Below the pieces are notes generated by a model. It was not told the origin of the DNA. It searched no databases and saw nothing but the letters and a program-made list of their open reading frames with translations. Shown here piece by piece: positions 36,401 to 45,808 of a stretch of DNA of 64,000 bases (positions are counted from its first letter, which is position 1; each line of letters begins with the position of its first letter). Source of the stretch: a virus; the IMG/VR virus record IMGVR_UViG_3300037247_001890, positions 64,001 through 128,000 of that record; one strand, written 5' to 3'. A program made the position numbers and the translations under genes.

Positions 36401-38084
36401 CTTGATTTGTAAGACCACCACCCTCAATATCAATACCAGTTTGATAATAAGTAGAACCACCGTTTCCTCTAATTAAATTATGGGAAAATATAAACTCACC
36501 AGTATCATCAGCCTGGCTATTCATGTTGATAATATGCCTATTATCCGTAGTTTGATTTCCTAAGAGTTGTATTCCAATAACTCTAAAATGTTCAACGGTA
36601 GTGGCAAGGGTGGAAGAACCAGCAGTTCCCTCAAGCCTGTATTCGTTAGTATCCCATGAACCTCTGTGGCCATAATCTGGATCTAGCAATCCATTGACTT
36701 CAACATAATTATCAGGATCAGTAGTCCATCCATCAAAAGCCATAGTACCATCAGCGGTTCCTGCTGTAGCATAGCATTCTACAATTGCTGTTTTATACAA
36801 TCCTGTAGCAGTTAAATCAGCTTGTTCAGTCGATTCATAACTACTTAAAGAAGTGTAATCATATCCCGGGTATGAAGAATCCGTATCGACTACCTTACCA
36901 TATTCTAGACTGTGATGTGCTCCTACATCAAAGAAATCTGTAGTTGATGCTCCTCTTGAATTTCCTAATACGTCGTCAGTAACAGGAAGATCAGAGTCTG
37001 CATAAAGATTTGTTCCTTTAAATATTGCTACTTCATCAAAATAATTAAGAGTAAAATCATCGCTTTCTTCTGCATTAAAATCAACCGTACCATACATATT
37101 AGTATATACAAAATAATCTTCATTACCGGTATCAAAAATATCATCAGCTAAAGTCAATTGAGTATCTGAATCAACAACAGTTACATAAGAATAAGTTGAA
37201 TCAGTATCATTTTCTACTATACTTCCTACTTGAGCCGCAGATAAACCACCACCCGAATCATTTAATTTGTTAGCACCATAAGATGTTGCAGTTCCCGTAG
37301 CATGGGTAGAACCAAACGTCCCCAAGGCACTAGTTGTATTAATTACATTATATCCTGCTTCAGAACCAAAATTACCATCAAAATCATCAGTACAATTATT
37401 AACTATATTATTTATAGCGATAGTATCACCAGCGGAAGTATCTATTCCCGTGTAACAATTAACTATTGTATTATTATAAAAATAAGCTTTACCACTTGTA
37501 CTATCCTCACCATGCATTCCATTATTATCACCATCATCTCCTATATCATATATTATATTATTAGAAGCATAATTATTACCAGACCCCGTATTATTAGACA
37601 TGTAAATACCCGTCCCACCTCCACCAGCCGTATCATGTCTAACTATACATTTTTCAATTCTATTCTCTCTAGAAGCTCTACATCTAATATTAATAGCACT
37701 TGCTACATTTACCGCAGTAATTTGTAAACCGATTATCCGAGTATAATTTTGTTCAACGGTGACTGTATTAGAGCCTGCATTTATAGAAGTTATCCTATAC
37801 TCACTATCATCCCACTTACCGCGATGTCCATAAGAAGAATCTAATAGACAATTAACTTCAACATAATTTCCGTCCTCTGTTGTCCATCCATCTATAGTTG
37901 TTCCACTACCCTGTGAATCAATAGTACCAGATGTAGCATAACATTCAAAAACTACGTACTCGTCCGAACCAGAAGTGAGAGTTATATCACCCTGTTCAGT
38001 TGATTCAGCGGTAGCAAGATTATTATAATCATATCCCGGGTATGAAGAATCCGTATCAACTATAATTTGTCTTAAAGTTGCCAA
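30405..38084 (-). CDS. giant repetitive virion/adhesin protein with seven pectin-lyase-like beta-helix modules
   Basis: 2559 aa; seven modules starting VDxDSxxx(Y/F)DY, with NNIIYD/YNNT beta-helix stacks, most ending DVGAHH. Confidence 0.75.
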   Translation of the reverse strand: MATLRQIIVDTDSSYPGYDYNNLATAESTEQGDITLTSGSDEYVVFECYATSGTIDSQGSGTTIDGWTTEDGNYVEVNCLLDSSYGHRGKWDDSEYRITSINAGSNTVTVEQNYTRIIGLQITAVNVASAINIRCRASRENRIEKCIVRHDTAGGGGTGIYMSNNTGSGNNYASNNIIYDIGDDGDNNGMHGEDSTSGKAYFYNNTIVNCYTGIDTSAGDTIAINNIVNNCTDDFDGNFGSEAGYNVINTTSALGTFGSTHATGTATSYGANKLNDSGGGLSAAQVGSIVENDTDSTYSYVTVVDSDTQLTLADDIFDTGNEDYFVYTNMYGTVDFNAEESDDFTLNYFDEVAIFKGTNLYADSDLPVTDDVLGNSRGASTTDFFDVGAHHSLEYGKVVDTDSSYPGYDYTSLSSYESTEQADLTATGLYKTAIVECYATAGTADGTMAFDGWTTDPDNYVEVNGLLDPDYGHRGSWDTNEYRLEGTAGSSTLATTVEHFRVIGIQLLGNQTTDNRHIINMNSQADDTGEFIFSHNLIRGNGGSTYYQTGIDIEGGGLTNQVVKIHNNIFYDISAHASALCIYMTSSGTVYVYNNVLIGGNLGVDRNAGTTIQINNIYQDQTDRATDSTNDDTGYNIIEDGTLVANSLGGINTDLTTGTATSYGANQLNDSGGGLSAAIVGSVVANTTDSSYAYVTVVDSDTQLTLSSDAFDTGNEAYRVTSNIFGTPDFQPGNYFLTAEDTLAMFHGTNLYADANSPVTDDVLGNSRGSSSTDNFDIGAHHSLEYNRIVDPDSGAGFDYSSLNVWESNEETDLTAVGLYKASVATCRCTGGTADTDTFSIAGWTTESANYIKIWTDPTESYRHAGVYPTGNKYRFEYTGSAESVIIQEDHVRFEGIAFSTTLDTATQSLMALTGTVDLRIEKCILKDGGGAEECYAWFNDSLSAGEKIYFSNNITYDCFYGVRINAGDAGSVRCYNNTMVDCTRGFRLTGDWGIVINNISVGGADNFYGSTYNSLSGWNITDLDPDATSDGNFGADQKTGTTTGQATNKLIDSGGGLASIRIGSLVNAGVDWTYVTAIDSDIQLSINDDHFSTSEAYTIKENMYGNPVFNDEAGNDFTLNYLDTVAIFKGTNLYSGTELPITDDILGNSRGSVDTDNFDVGAHHSLEYGNVIDPDSGAGFDYTSLNTWESNEEADLQVSALNKASVAVCRCTGGTADTTVTSVDGWTTEAANYIKIWTDPTESYRHNGTWLTGNYYRYEITDAGIAGLNIRENYVRLKGLQIRTPSINDNSDHVIRVAIIDVSNDIRIEKCIIRGANNGTYTQNGISVADADAIVKIGNNIIYDINGTVANYCILDDGSGYIYNNTCIGGLYTIRGTSSSTLINNICDGAGTRSFFGQTTSNTGFNIVEEADTRTAYGSTWKTGTVTSGATDKLIDSGGGLSSIPIGSVVKDTSDTAYSYVTAVDSDIQLSLNDNIFAGTEDYSIFTNKVGTVDFEGSTYLLNYLDEVAIFEGTNLYTDSNHPIIDDILSNSRGASTTDFYDVGAHHSLEYGKVVDPDSGAGYDYTDLNTWESTEQGDLGTTGLYKASVACCRATSGGADDTSTGTVIQGWTTSSANYIKIWTDPAESYRHSGIWNTDYYRRISGDAHALTTDEDYIVFDGIQLSNIPVSNGKGLIEIRTVNSDNKIEIKNCVFKCNSNISYWQYSLRSMDLDSKAYVSNCLFFDGHKNASNQNVAIRVESDESWYIHNTTIIGSYYGIRRAIGTGTTYCKNILCNDQNSGTAFVETAGTLDLNYCASEDTTATAHGGTGNRASQTFTFVDSGIENYELDPKDDGGLLYGTNLYTDSNIAITDDVKGVSRGASTTDNFDIGAFYSDSVAHVIDPDSGAGYDYTDLNTWESTEQADLDATGLYKASIATCRCTGGTADSTAFTLDGWTSTTTNYIKMWTDPTESYRHNGTWQTGNKFRIEANSDVINILEACIRIEGLQIDSSPSSSATFREPITIPWSNTEASEIFISYCIVRNSNPADNNTGIFVGPNANPTAYIWNNIVYDFTGTTSRGIESNESTYLYNNTVHNCDIGIRRGSGTMVAKNNIVNDCITDYDGTFDSASTHNITDTTPASFIIFGANHATGTATSYGANKLNDSGGGLSAAQVGSIVENDTDSTYSYVTVVDSDTQLTLNDDIFDTGNETYTVKTNMFGSVTFQDEGSDDFTLNYFDEVAIFKGTNLYADSDLPVTDDVLGNSRGSAATDSYDVGAHHSLEYGKVVDPDSGAGFDYTSLNTWESTEQGDLTTATIGKACVAVCRSSSGGNDSSKVNINGWTTESVNYVKVQGERPTGASWDSSKWRIEITDDDPFDISEDYVRLDAVQFSKIYSSLDTFSACLGINGQTTSSNDIRISNSIIRCVPGATVRYMGIDIGDDDTNLTVWNTIIYGCPRRGIEFNGSILDLYNCTIEGSNTVDGVFANSGDIIIKNCAIWNNNDDIDVGAASSSTIDTCATDDGDGDNPITPANWADVFEDWTSNDYRLKSTDSDLRESGLTNPGSGLYDDDIIGTTRS
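31345..31455. repeat. 111-bp exact direct repeat, copy 1
   Basis: identical to 36955-37065. Confidence 0.9.
36955..37065. repeat. 111-bp exact direct repeat, copy 2
   Basis: identical to 31345-31455. Confidence 0.9.
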
Positions 38085-38111
38085 TTACAATCCCCAATTT
38101 ATTGTAGTTGT

Positions 38112-39053
38112 TTATAGAATTTCGTCGAGTCTGTTAATTAAAAAAGCCTCAACTTGTGCTAAAGTTCTGTCTAGAACTCTATATTCAACCTGTCCTCTAA
38201 ATTGAGTTTGTTCGACATCCTTATAATGATCAACTAATATTTGAGTTCCGGTGGAAATTATATTGTCTACAGTAGCTTCAGGAATTCTGAACTGTCTACG
38301 ATACATTGTATTTTCAAGGGCATCTCTTACCTCTCCTTGAAACCATTGAAAAACATCAGTTCTATTTATAGTGAATGTAACTACATCGCCAACATCAGAA
38401 GAAATAGACCCGCCTCGATCTTCAATACGATCAAGAATTTGTTCAGGATCAAACGTAGAAAGTGAATAATCGGCTTCAATAGTATGCACACCAGTTCCTT
38501 CTACATAAGAAGTTTCGTTAAAAGAAACGTCAGTGGGAACAACACCCCAGAAGCCTTCAGATTGTAATGCCCCGGGGACCTGTGATCCATCTTCGTAAAT
38601 AGCAACATCAAAAACAACTTCATTTGTTGTAGTAGAATAAACGTCTCCATTCCACTTAGTCAAATAATTCTCTACCATTACTTGAGTAATGCCAGCAAAA
38701 TTATTGGCTCCAGGATTTGTAGTAAAAACTCTAATTCTCCAGCCATCAATTGATGTATTATTATTAACAGTAGCAAAATCAATTTTCCGATCCCAAGTCT
38801 GATTAAGATCAATTCCAGAAAAAGTAGTAGCAATCATTGCATCTACTTCTGCTACACCAGCATCTGTCACATTTATAGCACATGAATAAGGTAACCCTTC
38901 TTTAAATCCCCTGTGTACTCTGGGGGAATCAAACATACTAACCGGATATCCTTTTTTATACACACCCCTTTTATCCTTTTCAGAATCGGGGTGTGTATAA
39001 TCTACTCTTCCGCCGCTGTGAACGTTAGTTCTTATTAAAATTTCACAAGCCAT
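38112..39053 (-). CDS. hypothetical virion protein
   Basis: 313-aa ORF in the tail block. Confidence 0.65.
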   Translation of the reverse strand: MACEILIRTNVHSGGRVDYTHPDSEKDKRGVYKKGYPVSMFDSPRVHRGFKEGLPYSCAINVTDAGVAEVDAMIATTFSGIDLNQTWDRKIDFATVNNNTSIDGWRIRVFTTNPGANNFAGITQVMVENYLTKWNGDVYSTTTNEVVFDVAIYEDGSQVPGALQSEGFWGVVPTDVSFNETSYVEGTGVHTIEADYSLSTFDPEQILDRIEDRGGSISSDVGDVVTFTINRTDVFQWFQGEVRDALENTMYRRQFRIPEATVDNIISTGTQILVDHYKDVEQTQFRGQVEYRVLDRTLAQVEAFLINRLDEIL

Positions 39054-39056
39054 CTA

Positions 39057-39515
39057 TTATGTCTCCTGTAATCTTATCTCCAGATCCTGGAGCGTTAAAT
39101 CTTGACCGTTAGACACGGTGCGGTCTGATTCCAGATCCCACCATCCTAGGACTTCACGATCGGCTACTACGCCGTCATCATCTATTAGAACAGCATATCT
39201 GGCGCCATCTCCGGAATCCGGAATACTTCCGCCGGCAGCAGACCATGTAACATCTTTAATCTGCATATCGGCGCGGTCAGATGCATCAACTTCCGTGAGA
39301 ACGTCAAAATCAGTATCGTTTGGTGTTAATTGATAGCCGCCGGTTGTGTAACCATTTCCGGCCGCTATTTCGGTTAATTGACCAAATGTATTTGTATCGG
39401 GATCAGGTGCCACTGCACTAGTAACTAATGCTACATACAAATTAGTAGGCGTACTTGCAGTTCGAAAGCACCAATCTAGGGTATTATATTTACCCTTATT
39501 TGTTAATCCAGCCAT
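39057..39515 (-). CDS. tail-fibre-associated structural protein
   Basis: LYVALVT...EIAAGNGYTTGG...W.A.GG.I pattern common in phage tail proteins; AGGAG RBS. Confidence 0.6.
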   Translation of the reverse strand: MAGLTNKGKYNTLDWCFRTASTPTNLYVALVTSAVAPDPDTNTFGQLTEIAAGNGYTTGGYQLTPNDTDFDVLTEVDASDRADMQIKDVTWSAAGGSIPDSGDGARYAVLIDDDGVVADREVLGWWDLESDRTVSNGQDLTLQDLEIRLQET

Positions 39516-39572
39516 TTTTTATTGTCTCCTTATTTTTAGCTGTGTGTTTTATTTTTTAATTATGTTTATTTT

Positions 39573-40502
39573 TTAGCTTTTTGCATATAAATTGTACTTA
39601 GCTTTTTCAATTATGTCAGTATCAGATTCGCCACTAGTAAGCCGAATAACAGCTCCAACCCAAAAACAGATCTTGTCTGCTTTAGGGCAGTCAACTTCTG
39701 AAAAACTATCCTGTGTTTCGCCAACTAAGTACCAAGTACCATTAGCTGGATCTTCATTTGGATCCGGAAATTCACTGTCCGGAATCGACCCAGTAACTGG
39801 TACAGCAATGTACATAAATACTTTGTAACCTACAATATTTTTCCATTGCTCTACTGTAACAGTATCAGTACTTCCATCTGCAAACGGATGGATTGCTATA
39901 TCTACCGCTTGAGTCTTCATATCTTTCCATGACAACCGAATAATACCATTTCCTGGTATTACGGCCGGGCTTGCAAATGTACCTCCTTCCGTAGAGGAAG
40001 CGTTGTCTGCTACCAGATTAAGAACCGAAGGATATTCAGCAAGGTCATCAAATCCATTAAAATCTACAATGGTATCTTCTACAAAGACGTCTATACCAAT
40101 AACTTGATCATCGGAGTCTTGTATCGCTAGTTGCCCATCAGCGTTTTGGAAGTATGCTCTGAAATCATGTTCAATACCACTTATACTCCAAGAGACTGGA
40201 CCGAAAACAAATTTATCAGTATTGTCAAGACCATACCATTGAACATTATAAGAACCAACATTATCATATGCACTCACTGGATCTGTTACTAACCTGTGTT
40301 GAATTACAACCTCTGTAATTGCTGCTCCACTGGTAAGAATATCCACATTACTTATATCTATAATAGCATTAGAAGTTGTACCTGTTGCATTTTGTACAGC
40401 ATCTTCCAATACTTCCATTGTCATATTGGAGGCATCATTGGTGTAAGGAATTATTGCCCCAGCTTCTGGAACTCTAAACATCCCTATATAGCCATCACCC
40501 AT
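39573..40502 (-). CDS. virion protein, paralog of 42282..43424
   Basis: shares IIxLSWxD, VFMY and FWVG blocks. Confidence 0.65.
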   Translation of the reverse strand: MGDGYIGMFRVPEAGAIIPYTNDASNMTMEVLEDAVQNATGTTSNAIIDISNVDILTSGAAITEVVIQHRLVTDPVSAYDNVGSYNVQWYGLDNTDKFVFGPVSWSISGIEHDFRAYFQNADGQLAIQDSDDQVIGIDVFVEDTIVDFNGFDDLAEYPSVLNLVADNASSTEGGTFASPAVIPGNGIIRLSWKDMKTQAVDIAIHPFADGSTDTVTVEQWKNIVGYKVFMYIAVPVTGSIPDSEFPDPNEDPANGTWYLVGETQDSFSEVDCPKADKICFWVGAVIRLTSGESDTDIIEKAKYNLYAKS

Positions 40503-40545
40503 TTTTTATTATCTCCTTGTTAATTTTTTAATTTTGTTTTGGATC

Positions 40546-41445
40546 TTAGCTCTCATCCGAGACCTCTGCTATAATAAATAGATTAATAGTAACCGGATTA
40601 GAAACATCTAAATTAATTATGCGAATATGAAGTTCTGAAGTCCAATCTAAGTCCTCATAGTAAAAACTACTTTGTTCTCGATTTACTGCTACGGCTTTAT
40701 AACTCGTATCATATGTATTTTCCAAGTTATCATAGGCTTCAAGCCTATCTCCTGCCACTATACTTTCTACCATTGCAAATTCGTCTGGACCTGTATCTTC
40801 GTCTGTTATATACACCATCTCTTCAGTTGAAAAACCAACAGTAGAGGTGATATAAATGTTTTTTTGACCAGATCCCGAACTCTGATCCACATCAGATTCC
40901 GTCCCGCTTAATTGTAAAGTTTCAAATAATCGTTCTTTACCTTTAAACAAATTAGTACTATATAATTCTATTTTAAAAGCAGTACTACCATCTGTAGCAA
41001 TGATTCTAAAATCATGAATCAACGCTCTTGATACAAACCCAGTTATATCTTGATTATCGACTGTATCAGCAGCTACCTGAGCACATGATAAACTATATTC
41101 TTTTCTTTTTTTAACGGCTGTCATAAGAGCATTAAATGCACCCGCATTTATACGTTGTTCAACTCCAGCACCGGCATCATGTGAAGCTGCTACGCTATCA
41201 TCTGTTCCACGTGTTACAGGATTTGAACCATCCCCTAATGCTTGTGAACCAGAATCTATAAAATCATAATAAATATGTTCTGTATCAACTGAAATCCAAC
41301 CTTTTTCTGATAATTCATTGACAGAAGCTAAAGAAATAATTTGTGCTCCTGAAGTTATATCACTGGTTAAACTAGTATTCCAATTATTTTTTGCCGTATA
41401 ATAATCTTGGAAATCAGTGGAGTGCGTAAAATCTATGATGGCCAT
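40546..41445 (-). CDS. hypothetical virion protein
   Basis: VDTEHIYY...VTRGTDDSVAASHDAGAGV pattern typical of tail proteins. Confidence 0.6.
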   Translation of the reverse strand: MAIIDFTHSTDFQDYYTAKNNWNTSLTSDITSGAQIISLASVNELSEKGWISVDTEHIYYDFIDSGSQALGDGSNPVTRGTDDSVAASHDAGAGVEQRINAGAFNALMTAVKKRKEYSLSCAQVAADTVDNQDITGFVSRALIHDFRIIATDGSTAFKIELYSTNLFKGKERLFETLQLSGTESDVDQSSGSGQKNIYITSTVGFSTEEMVYITDEDTGPDEFAMVESIVAGDRLEAYDNLENTYDTSYKAVAVNREQSSFYYEDLDWTSELHIRIINLDVSNPVTINLFIIAEVSDES

Positions 41446-41454
41446 CTAGTTTTC

Positions 41455-41673
41455 CTATATTTTTGTTTTATCCCAGGGAATGATGTTATAATCTACAACA
41501 TCGCCTTTCGTTATTCTGTCCACTGCTTTATTATAAGCAGCTATTTTTGCTACATTAGCATCTTTAGCAAAGAAACCGTGAGTTAGAAAACTACGATTTT
41601 CTTTTCTAATAGTATCTATCTCCAAAGGAGATATATCAATTTCTACTTCAAATGTTACTTTAAATTTTTTCAT
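41455..41673 (-). CDS. hypothetical protein
   Basis: 72-aa ORF in the operon. Confidence 0.5.
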   Translation of the reverse strand: MKKFKVTFEVEIDISPLEIDTIRKENRSFLTHGFFAKDANVAKIAAYNKAVDRITKGDVVDYNIIPWDKTKI

Positions 41674-41675
41674 TT

Positions 41676-42005
41676 TTATTTATTGGTTAAGTTACTCATA
41701 GCTAAAATAATTAATGCTGAATACGCAGTTAACAACATAAAGATAATTGCAATAGTCCATTTAAGATTATTAGACAATTTTTCTTGAACTTTATCAATGA
41801 AATTGTCAAACTTTTCGCCGAGAGAGTTTATATCATTATTCTGTTGCTCGACTTTATTTTGTACAATCTTCATATCACTGCTAAATTCAATAAGACCTTT
41901 ATCTGCGTGTCTGGCTAAAATTGAAGCCTCACTAGCTATCTTGGTTGTGTCGTCCAACTTCTTCCACAGGGCATCCAGTTGTCTCTGTGTTTCTTTTTGA
42001 TCCAT
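41676..42005 (-). CDS. coiled-coil protein with C-terminal TM helix (XhlA/holin-like architecture)
   Basis: heptad-rich N-terminus and hydrophobic WTIAIIFMLLTAYSALIILAM. Confidence 0.5.
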   Translation of the reverse strand: MDQKETQRQLDALWKKLDDTTKIASEASILARHADKGLIEFSSDMKIVQNKVEQQNNDINSLGEKFDNFIDKVQEKLSNNLKWTIAIIFMLLTAYSALIILAMSNLTNK

Positions 42006-42270
42006 TATTTACTTTATCTGATAAATCGTTCAGATCTCCTCTTAGTATAGTTACGGTGTTGATGAAAAATTGTTCTGCTTTTATTCTTTGGTCCGAAAAC
42101 TTGCTGAATTTTGATTTCAATACATTTTGATTTTGATCTAATTTATCTAAATGACTGTGAATTTCCTTCAAACTAGATTTCATATATCCAGAAGATGTTT
42201 TTAATTCCTCTATAGAGTCTTTTATTGATATTAGGACTGCAAAGCTATCTTCTTCATTTTTTTCTGTCAT
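41932..42270 (-). CDS. coiled-coil hypothetical protein
   Basis: AAGGA RBS; 112 aa. Confidence 0.5.
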   Translation of the reverse strand: MTEKNEEDSFAVLISIKDSIEELKTSSGYMKSSLKEIHSHLDKLDQNQNVLKSKFSKFSDQRIKAEQFFINTVTILRGDLNDLSDKVNNGSKRNTETTGCPVEEVGRHNQDS

Positions 42271-42281
42271 TTTTTTCCTTA

Positions 42282-43424
42282 TTAGTAAACATATTTCTCC
42301 AATGGAATTTGTGAGTTAGTTTTATAAGTCTTGAAGCCGACCCAAAAAGCTACCCAAACATCTCTTGGTAAGGTAAATTCCGAACTACCTGTAGCAAAAT
42401 CACCCATGTAGACCCACTTCTTACCAGCAATTGGTTGTTGTATATCTTTGAAAGCCCATTGTAGAGTTCCAAATGGTATTGCTCCATACAAGGCTGTTAA
42501 TCCTGGATATTGTCTTATAGGCCCATCCTCGGTATCTGACACATACATAAAAACAACATAGGTTATTATACGTTGTGCCATTTCGTACGTAACTGTAATA
42601 TTTCTACCAAAAGCATCCTTACTCTCTATAGGAAATGCCGTTTTACTCAATTCTCTTAAATCAGTCCATGATAATTTTATGATATCCCCTGTTATCACTC
42701 CACTTTCTGGGTTCGGAGTATTCGTGGCTTCAAGATCAATTCCTTCAACATACTCATAAACATCCGGAACACCATCTAATTTAACATTGGTGTCATATGC
42801 AGAATATACTACACCAGCCTCTTTATAAGGAATGCTTAAACCATCAAAAAATATAGCTTGAAAATCAAAATAGTCTGGTTTCGCTTCCAAATCTATTTCT
42901 GCTCTCACATTTAAAGCTGATATTTCATCATCGGCTATGGCTATTGATTTGAAGGGCGCATAATCAACGGCGTCTTCTGTCCTCTTAGAATAAACTTCTA
43001 TACTCCTTAAATCTCCTATATCCGGAGTTAAATTAGAAAATGCTATTTGTATGACCGCTTTTTCAGCTCTATTGATATCTACCTTACTGGTCAATTCATT
43101 GATAGATATAATAGGCTGAATAGAATACTCAAGTGGATTATAATCTGTGCCCGCAGCAGAATATTCCAGATCAATTATATTTATAAAATTTTCTGGAATA
43201 GCCCCGCCACCGTAAAATTTTACAGTGTAAAAACCACTTTCTGTTATACCAAATTCCCAGCTACCATCTTTATCAGTAGTATCATAATCTATCTGAGCAA
43301 GTAAAGTTCCGTTTGCTGCGACTTTCCATAGCACAACACCCATGCCAGCTATTTTGATACCTTTGGTGGAAGCTACCGCCCCATAAAGTTTATTGTCGTT
43401 ATATATCCAAGGAAATATTGCCAT
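42282..43424 (-). CDS. virion protein with prealbumin/Cna-B-like N-terminus
   Basis: GVVLWK...TTDKDGSWEF...GFYTVKF; paralog of 39573..40502. Confidence 0.6.
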   Translation of the reverse strand: MAIFPWIYNDNKLYGAVASTKGIKIAGMGVVLWKVAANGTLLAQIDYDTTDKDGSWEFGITESGFYTVKFYGGGAIPENFINIIDLEYSAAGTDYNPLEYSIQPIISINELTSKVDINRAEKAVIQIAFSNLTPDIGDLRSIEVYSKRTEDAVDYAPFKSIAIADDEISALNVRAEIDLEAKPDYFDFQAIFFDGLSIPYKEAGVVYSAYDTNVKLDGVPDVYEYVEGIDLEATNTPNPESGVITGDIIKLSWTDLRELSKTAFPIESKDAFGRNITVTYEMAQRIITYVVFMYVSDTEDGPIRQYPGLTALYGAIPFGTLQWAFKDIQQPIAGKKWVYMGDFATGSSEFTLPRDVWVAFWVGFKTYKTNSQIPLEKYVY

Positions 43425-43426
43425 TT

Positions 43427-45751
43427 TTAACTGCTTGGTGGATAATAAATATCTCTATAGTGAATTGTTAAAATACCACTTACGTGCTTGAAATTTCCAA
43501 TTCCAGCTGGATCCCAAGTATCTACGACTAATCGTCTTGCACCTCTGGAACTTAAAATAGACAGATTAATTATCTGGTCTGCAAAGAAATAATCAGATGC
43601 TGTTACTTCTACTTCTTTTCCCAAAGACTCATTACTATATTGATAAAATCTTAATATAGCAGGTTCTTGATCTGTGCCGTCAGTAATATCACAGTCGAAA
43701 TCAATACGGGTTATTATTACATCCTGACTAAAATTATGTTGATAAATGAATTTTTGTCGTTTGAGATATTCATCCATAGCAGCTAACTCTGTAATTCCAG
43801 AAACATTAGGTGCAACATTCCCAAGATAAACCGTAGCTGATACATCTATATCGGCTATATCCCAAGTTGTTGAAAGCTGGTAAAGTATAGCCCTATCATC
43901 TTGTGTTCTTATTTCAATCATTTTATATTTATTTCTATTAGGAGAATCCGAATCCAAAATATTTTTTCCCTGTAATCTCATAGGAAATTGCAATCCTGAA
44001 TATGCATAATCCACTACAGCAAAGCCTGGTGCGTCAACATATATTAAATCCATGCCTGTAACAGCTTCACCATAAATATCAACAGTTACATAAGGTAATA
44101 ATTTTTCGTTAGGCAATGCACCACCGGCACCACCAACAATGCTTGTTTCTACATAAGGTACTCCTGATGTAGAAGCAACCCAGCCACCACGTAAAGGTCT
44201 AACTTTTATATTGTATTCACGAATTCCTAAAGCTGATACATTTACAACACGATCATTAGTTACAATTCTTTGGTGATTTGCATTAGTAAAATCCGCTCCA
44301 GTGTTGTCAGTTGTGTAAACAATTTCGAAGTCGGTTGCGTCGTCCATTCCAATAATAGTAATTTTAAAACCAGCATCATCAGCTGTCGCTGTTACAGCAG
44401 CCCCAGTCATATCAATTTCTGGTATTACTACTATAAAAGGCGAAGCATAAGTTTCTTCATTAACACCAAGATCCATATATTTTCCAACAGGCATCGTTAT
44501 TATGGGCGATTTTTCTTCATCATTTGATGCTTGAACTCTGAAGTCGTATTTCCAGCCAAGGTTAAGTAATAATGCAACACTTTGTTCCGGAGGAGTGGCT
44601 CCTAAGCCAACTTCTGTTTGCACGGATCCATATGCTCTCATCATACCACCACCAGCACCTATATGTTGTGCTTTTACTTTATATTTATCTGCATTATGAT
44701 GAAGTTTGGCCGGATTAGATGAATTCGCATCTGGGACAGTTCCGGCACCAGCACCGTTAGGAAGTGTCAAATCAAGTCGCGTATAATTACTACCATCTGT
44801 GACATCATTAGAAACAATCAAATAATCAACGCTGTCTACTCGGAAGTAATAACCTATTAATTCGTCCACACTAAATTGAATAGTATCTGTGTGTACAGTT
44901 GAGTCATAACCTTCCATAGTAAATTCGCTGCTCCCACCAGTTCCTGTTACATAATCAAAACCCCATTCAAATTCTACCTTTGCTTGTGGAACCCTGTAAC
45001 TTTTGCGTAAATAAAAAGGAATATAATTTTGTGCTGAAACTTCTACATCATCCCATAAGCTAACCGGTGATATGTCTTTAATTCTTATTCTTATCGGATC
45101 TAGTGGCGTTTCTGGTACTAGTTTAACTGACAGTCCAAGACCGTTTCCATAATCTTCATGACCTACCCCAACTTTAAAATCTATGTTAGTAGTATACCAA
45201 TCAGTGTTTTGGAAGTGAGATAGTTGGTCATAGAACTCTAATTTATTTTCACCTCTGAGATCAGTTATGTATACGTTTGATCCATCGCGATGCACAGTTG
45301 CCAATTCTATTCCGGAATTTCCTGGATCGTTTACAGTCAAACCATAGTAAGGAAATTGCATACTATCCTCGAATTGTGTTCCGGAAGCTAGCCAGGCAAA
45401 TCCATCCAAAATTTGAACAGGATCTGTTGTAAAAGGAATATATGAAATCCACGCACTACCGCTGTAGCCATCAGTTATTGTTAATCGCCTATCTTGTACA
45501 GGATCATTGCTAGACACCACAATAGGATGGCCAGCTGGTACGATAGCTATTCCAGGACTTACTTCAATACTATCAGTAGAATATTGGGATATTTCCATAT
45601 TCGTGTCAGTTACACCAGAATAGAGAACACCAAACGTTTTGAAGATTGAATCCATAAAGTCCTTTGTATTATTGGAAGCAACGTTTTGTATACTGTCTAT
45701 TAATACAGAGAGATCAACTTTAGATCCTTTTGGAGCTATAATTTTTTCCAT
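43427..45751 (-). CDS. tail/baseplate-associated protein with FN3-like domains
   Basis: 774 aa; FGVL...IEVSPGIAI..GHPIVV N-terminus; KYDFRVQA and YNIKVRP strands. Confidence 0.6.
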   Translation of the reverse strand: MEKIIAPKGSKVDLSVLIDSIQNVASNNTKDFMDSIFKTFGVLYSGVTDTNMEISQYSTDSIEVSPGIAIVPAGHPIVVSSNDPVQDRRLTITDGYSGSAWISYIPFTTDPVQILDGFAWLASGTQFEDSMQFPYYGLTVNDPGNSGIELATVHRDGSNVYITDLRGENKLEFYDQLSHFQNTDWYTTNIDFKVGVGHEDYGNGLGLSVKLVPETPLDPIRIRIKDISPVSLWDDVEVSAQNYIPFYLRKSYRVPQAKVEFEWGFDYVTGTGGSSEFTMEGYDSTVHTDTIQFSVDELIGYYFRVDSVDYLIVSNDVTDGSNYTRLDLTLPNGAGAGTVPDANSSNPAKLHHNADKYKVKAQHIGAGGGMMRAYGSVQTEVGLGATPPEQSVALLLNLGWKYDFRVQASNDEEKSPIITMPVGKYMDLGVNEETYASPFIVVIPEIDMTGAAVTATADDAGFKITIIGMDDATDFEIVYTTDNTGADFTNANHQRIVTNDRVVNVSALGIREYNIKVRPLRGGWVASTSGVPYVETSIVGGAGGALPNEKLLPYVTVDIYGEAVTGMDLIYVDAPGFAVVDYAYSGLQFPMRLQGKNILDSDSPNRNKYKMIEIRTQDDRAILYQLSTTWDIADIDVSATVYLGNVAPNVSGITELAAMDEYLKRQKFIYQHNFSQDVIITRIDFDCDITDGTDQEPAILRFYQYSNESLGKEVEVTASDYFFADQIINLSILSSRGARRLVVDTWDPAGIGNFKHVSGILTIHYRDIYYPPSS

Positions 45752-45776
45752 CTTTTATTTTTCTTTCAAATTTTAA

Positions 45777-45808
45777 TAAATTTAACGAATTTTTTTGTTT
45801 AAAGCAAG
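45777..45808 (-). promoter_or_regulatory. class A variant CTTGC-N19-TAAATTTA
   Basis: same spacing; intergenic, upstream of 45751. Confidence 0.55.
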
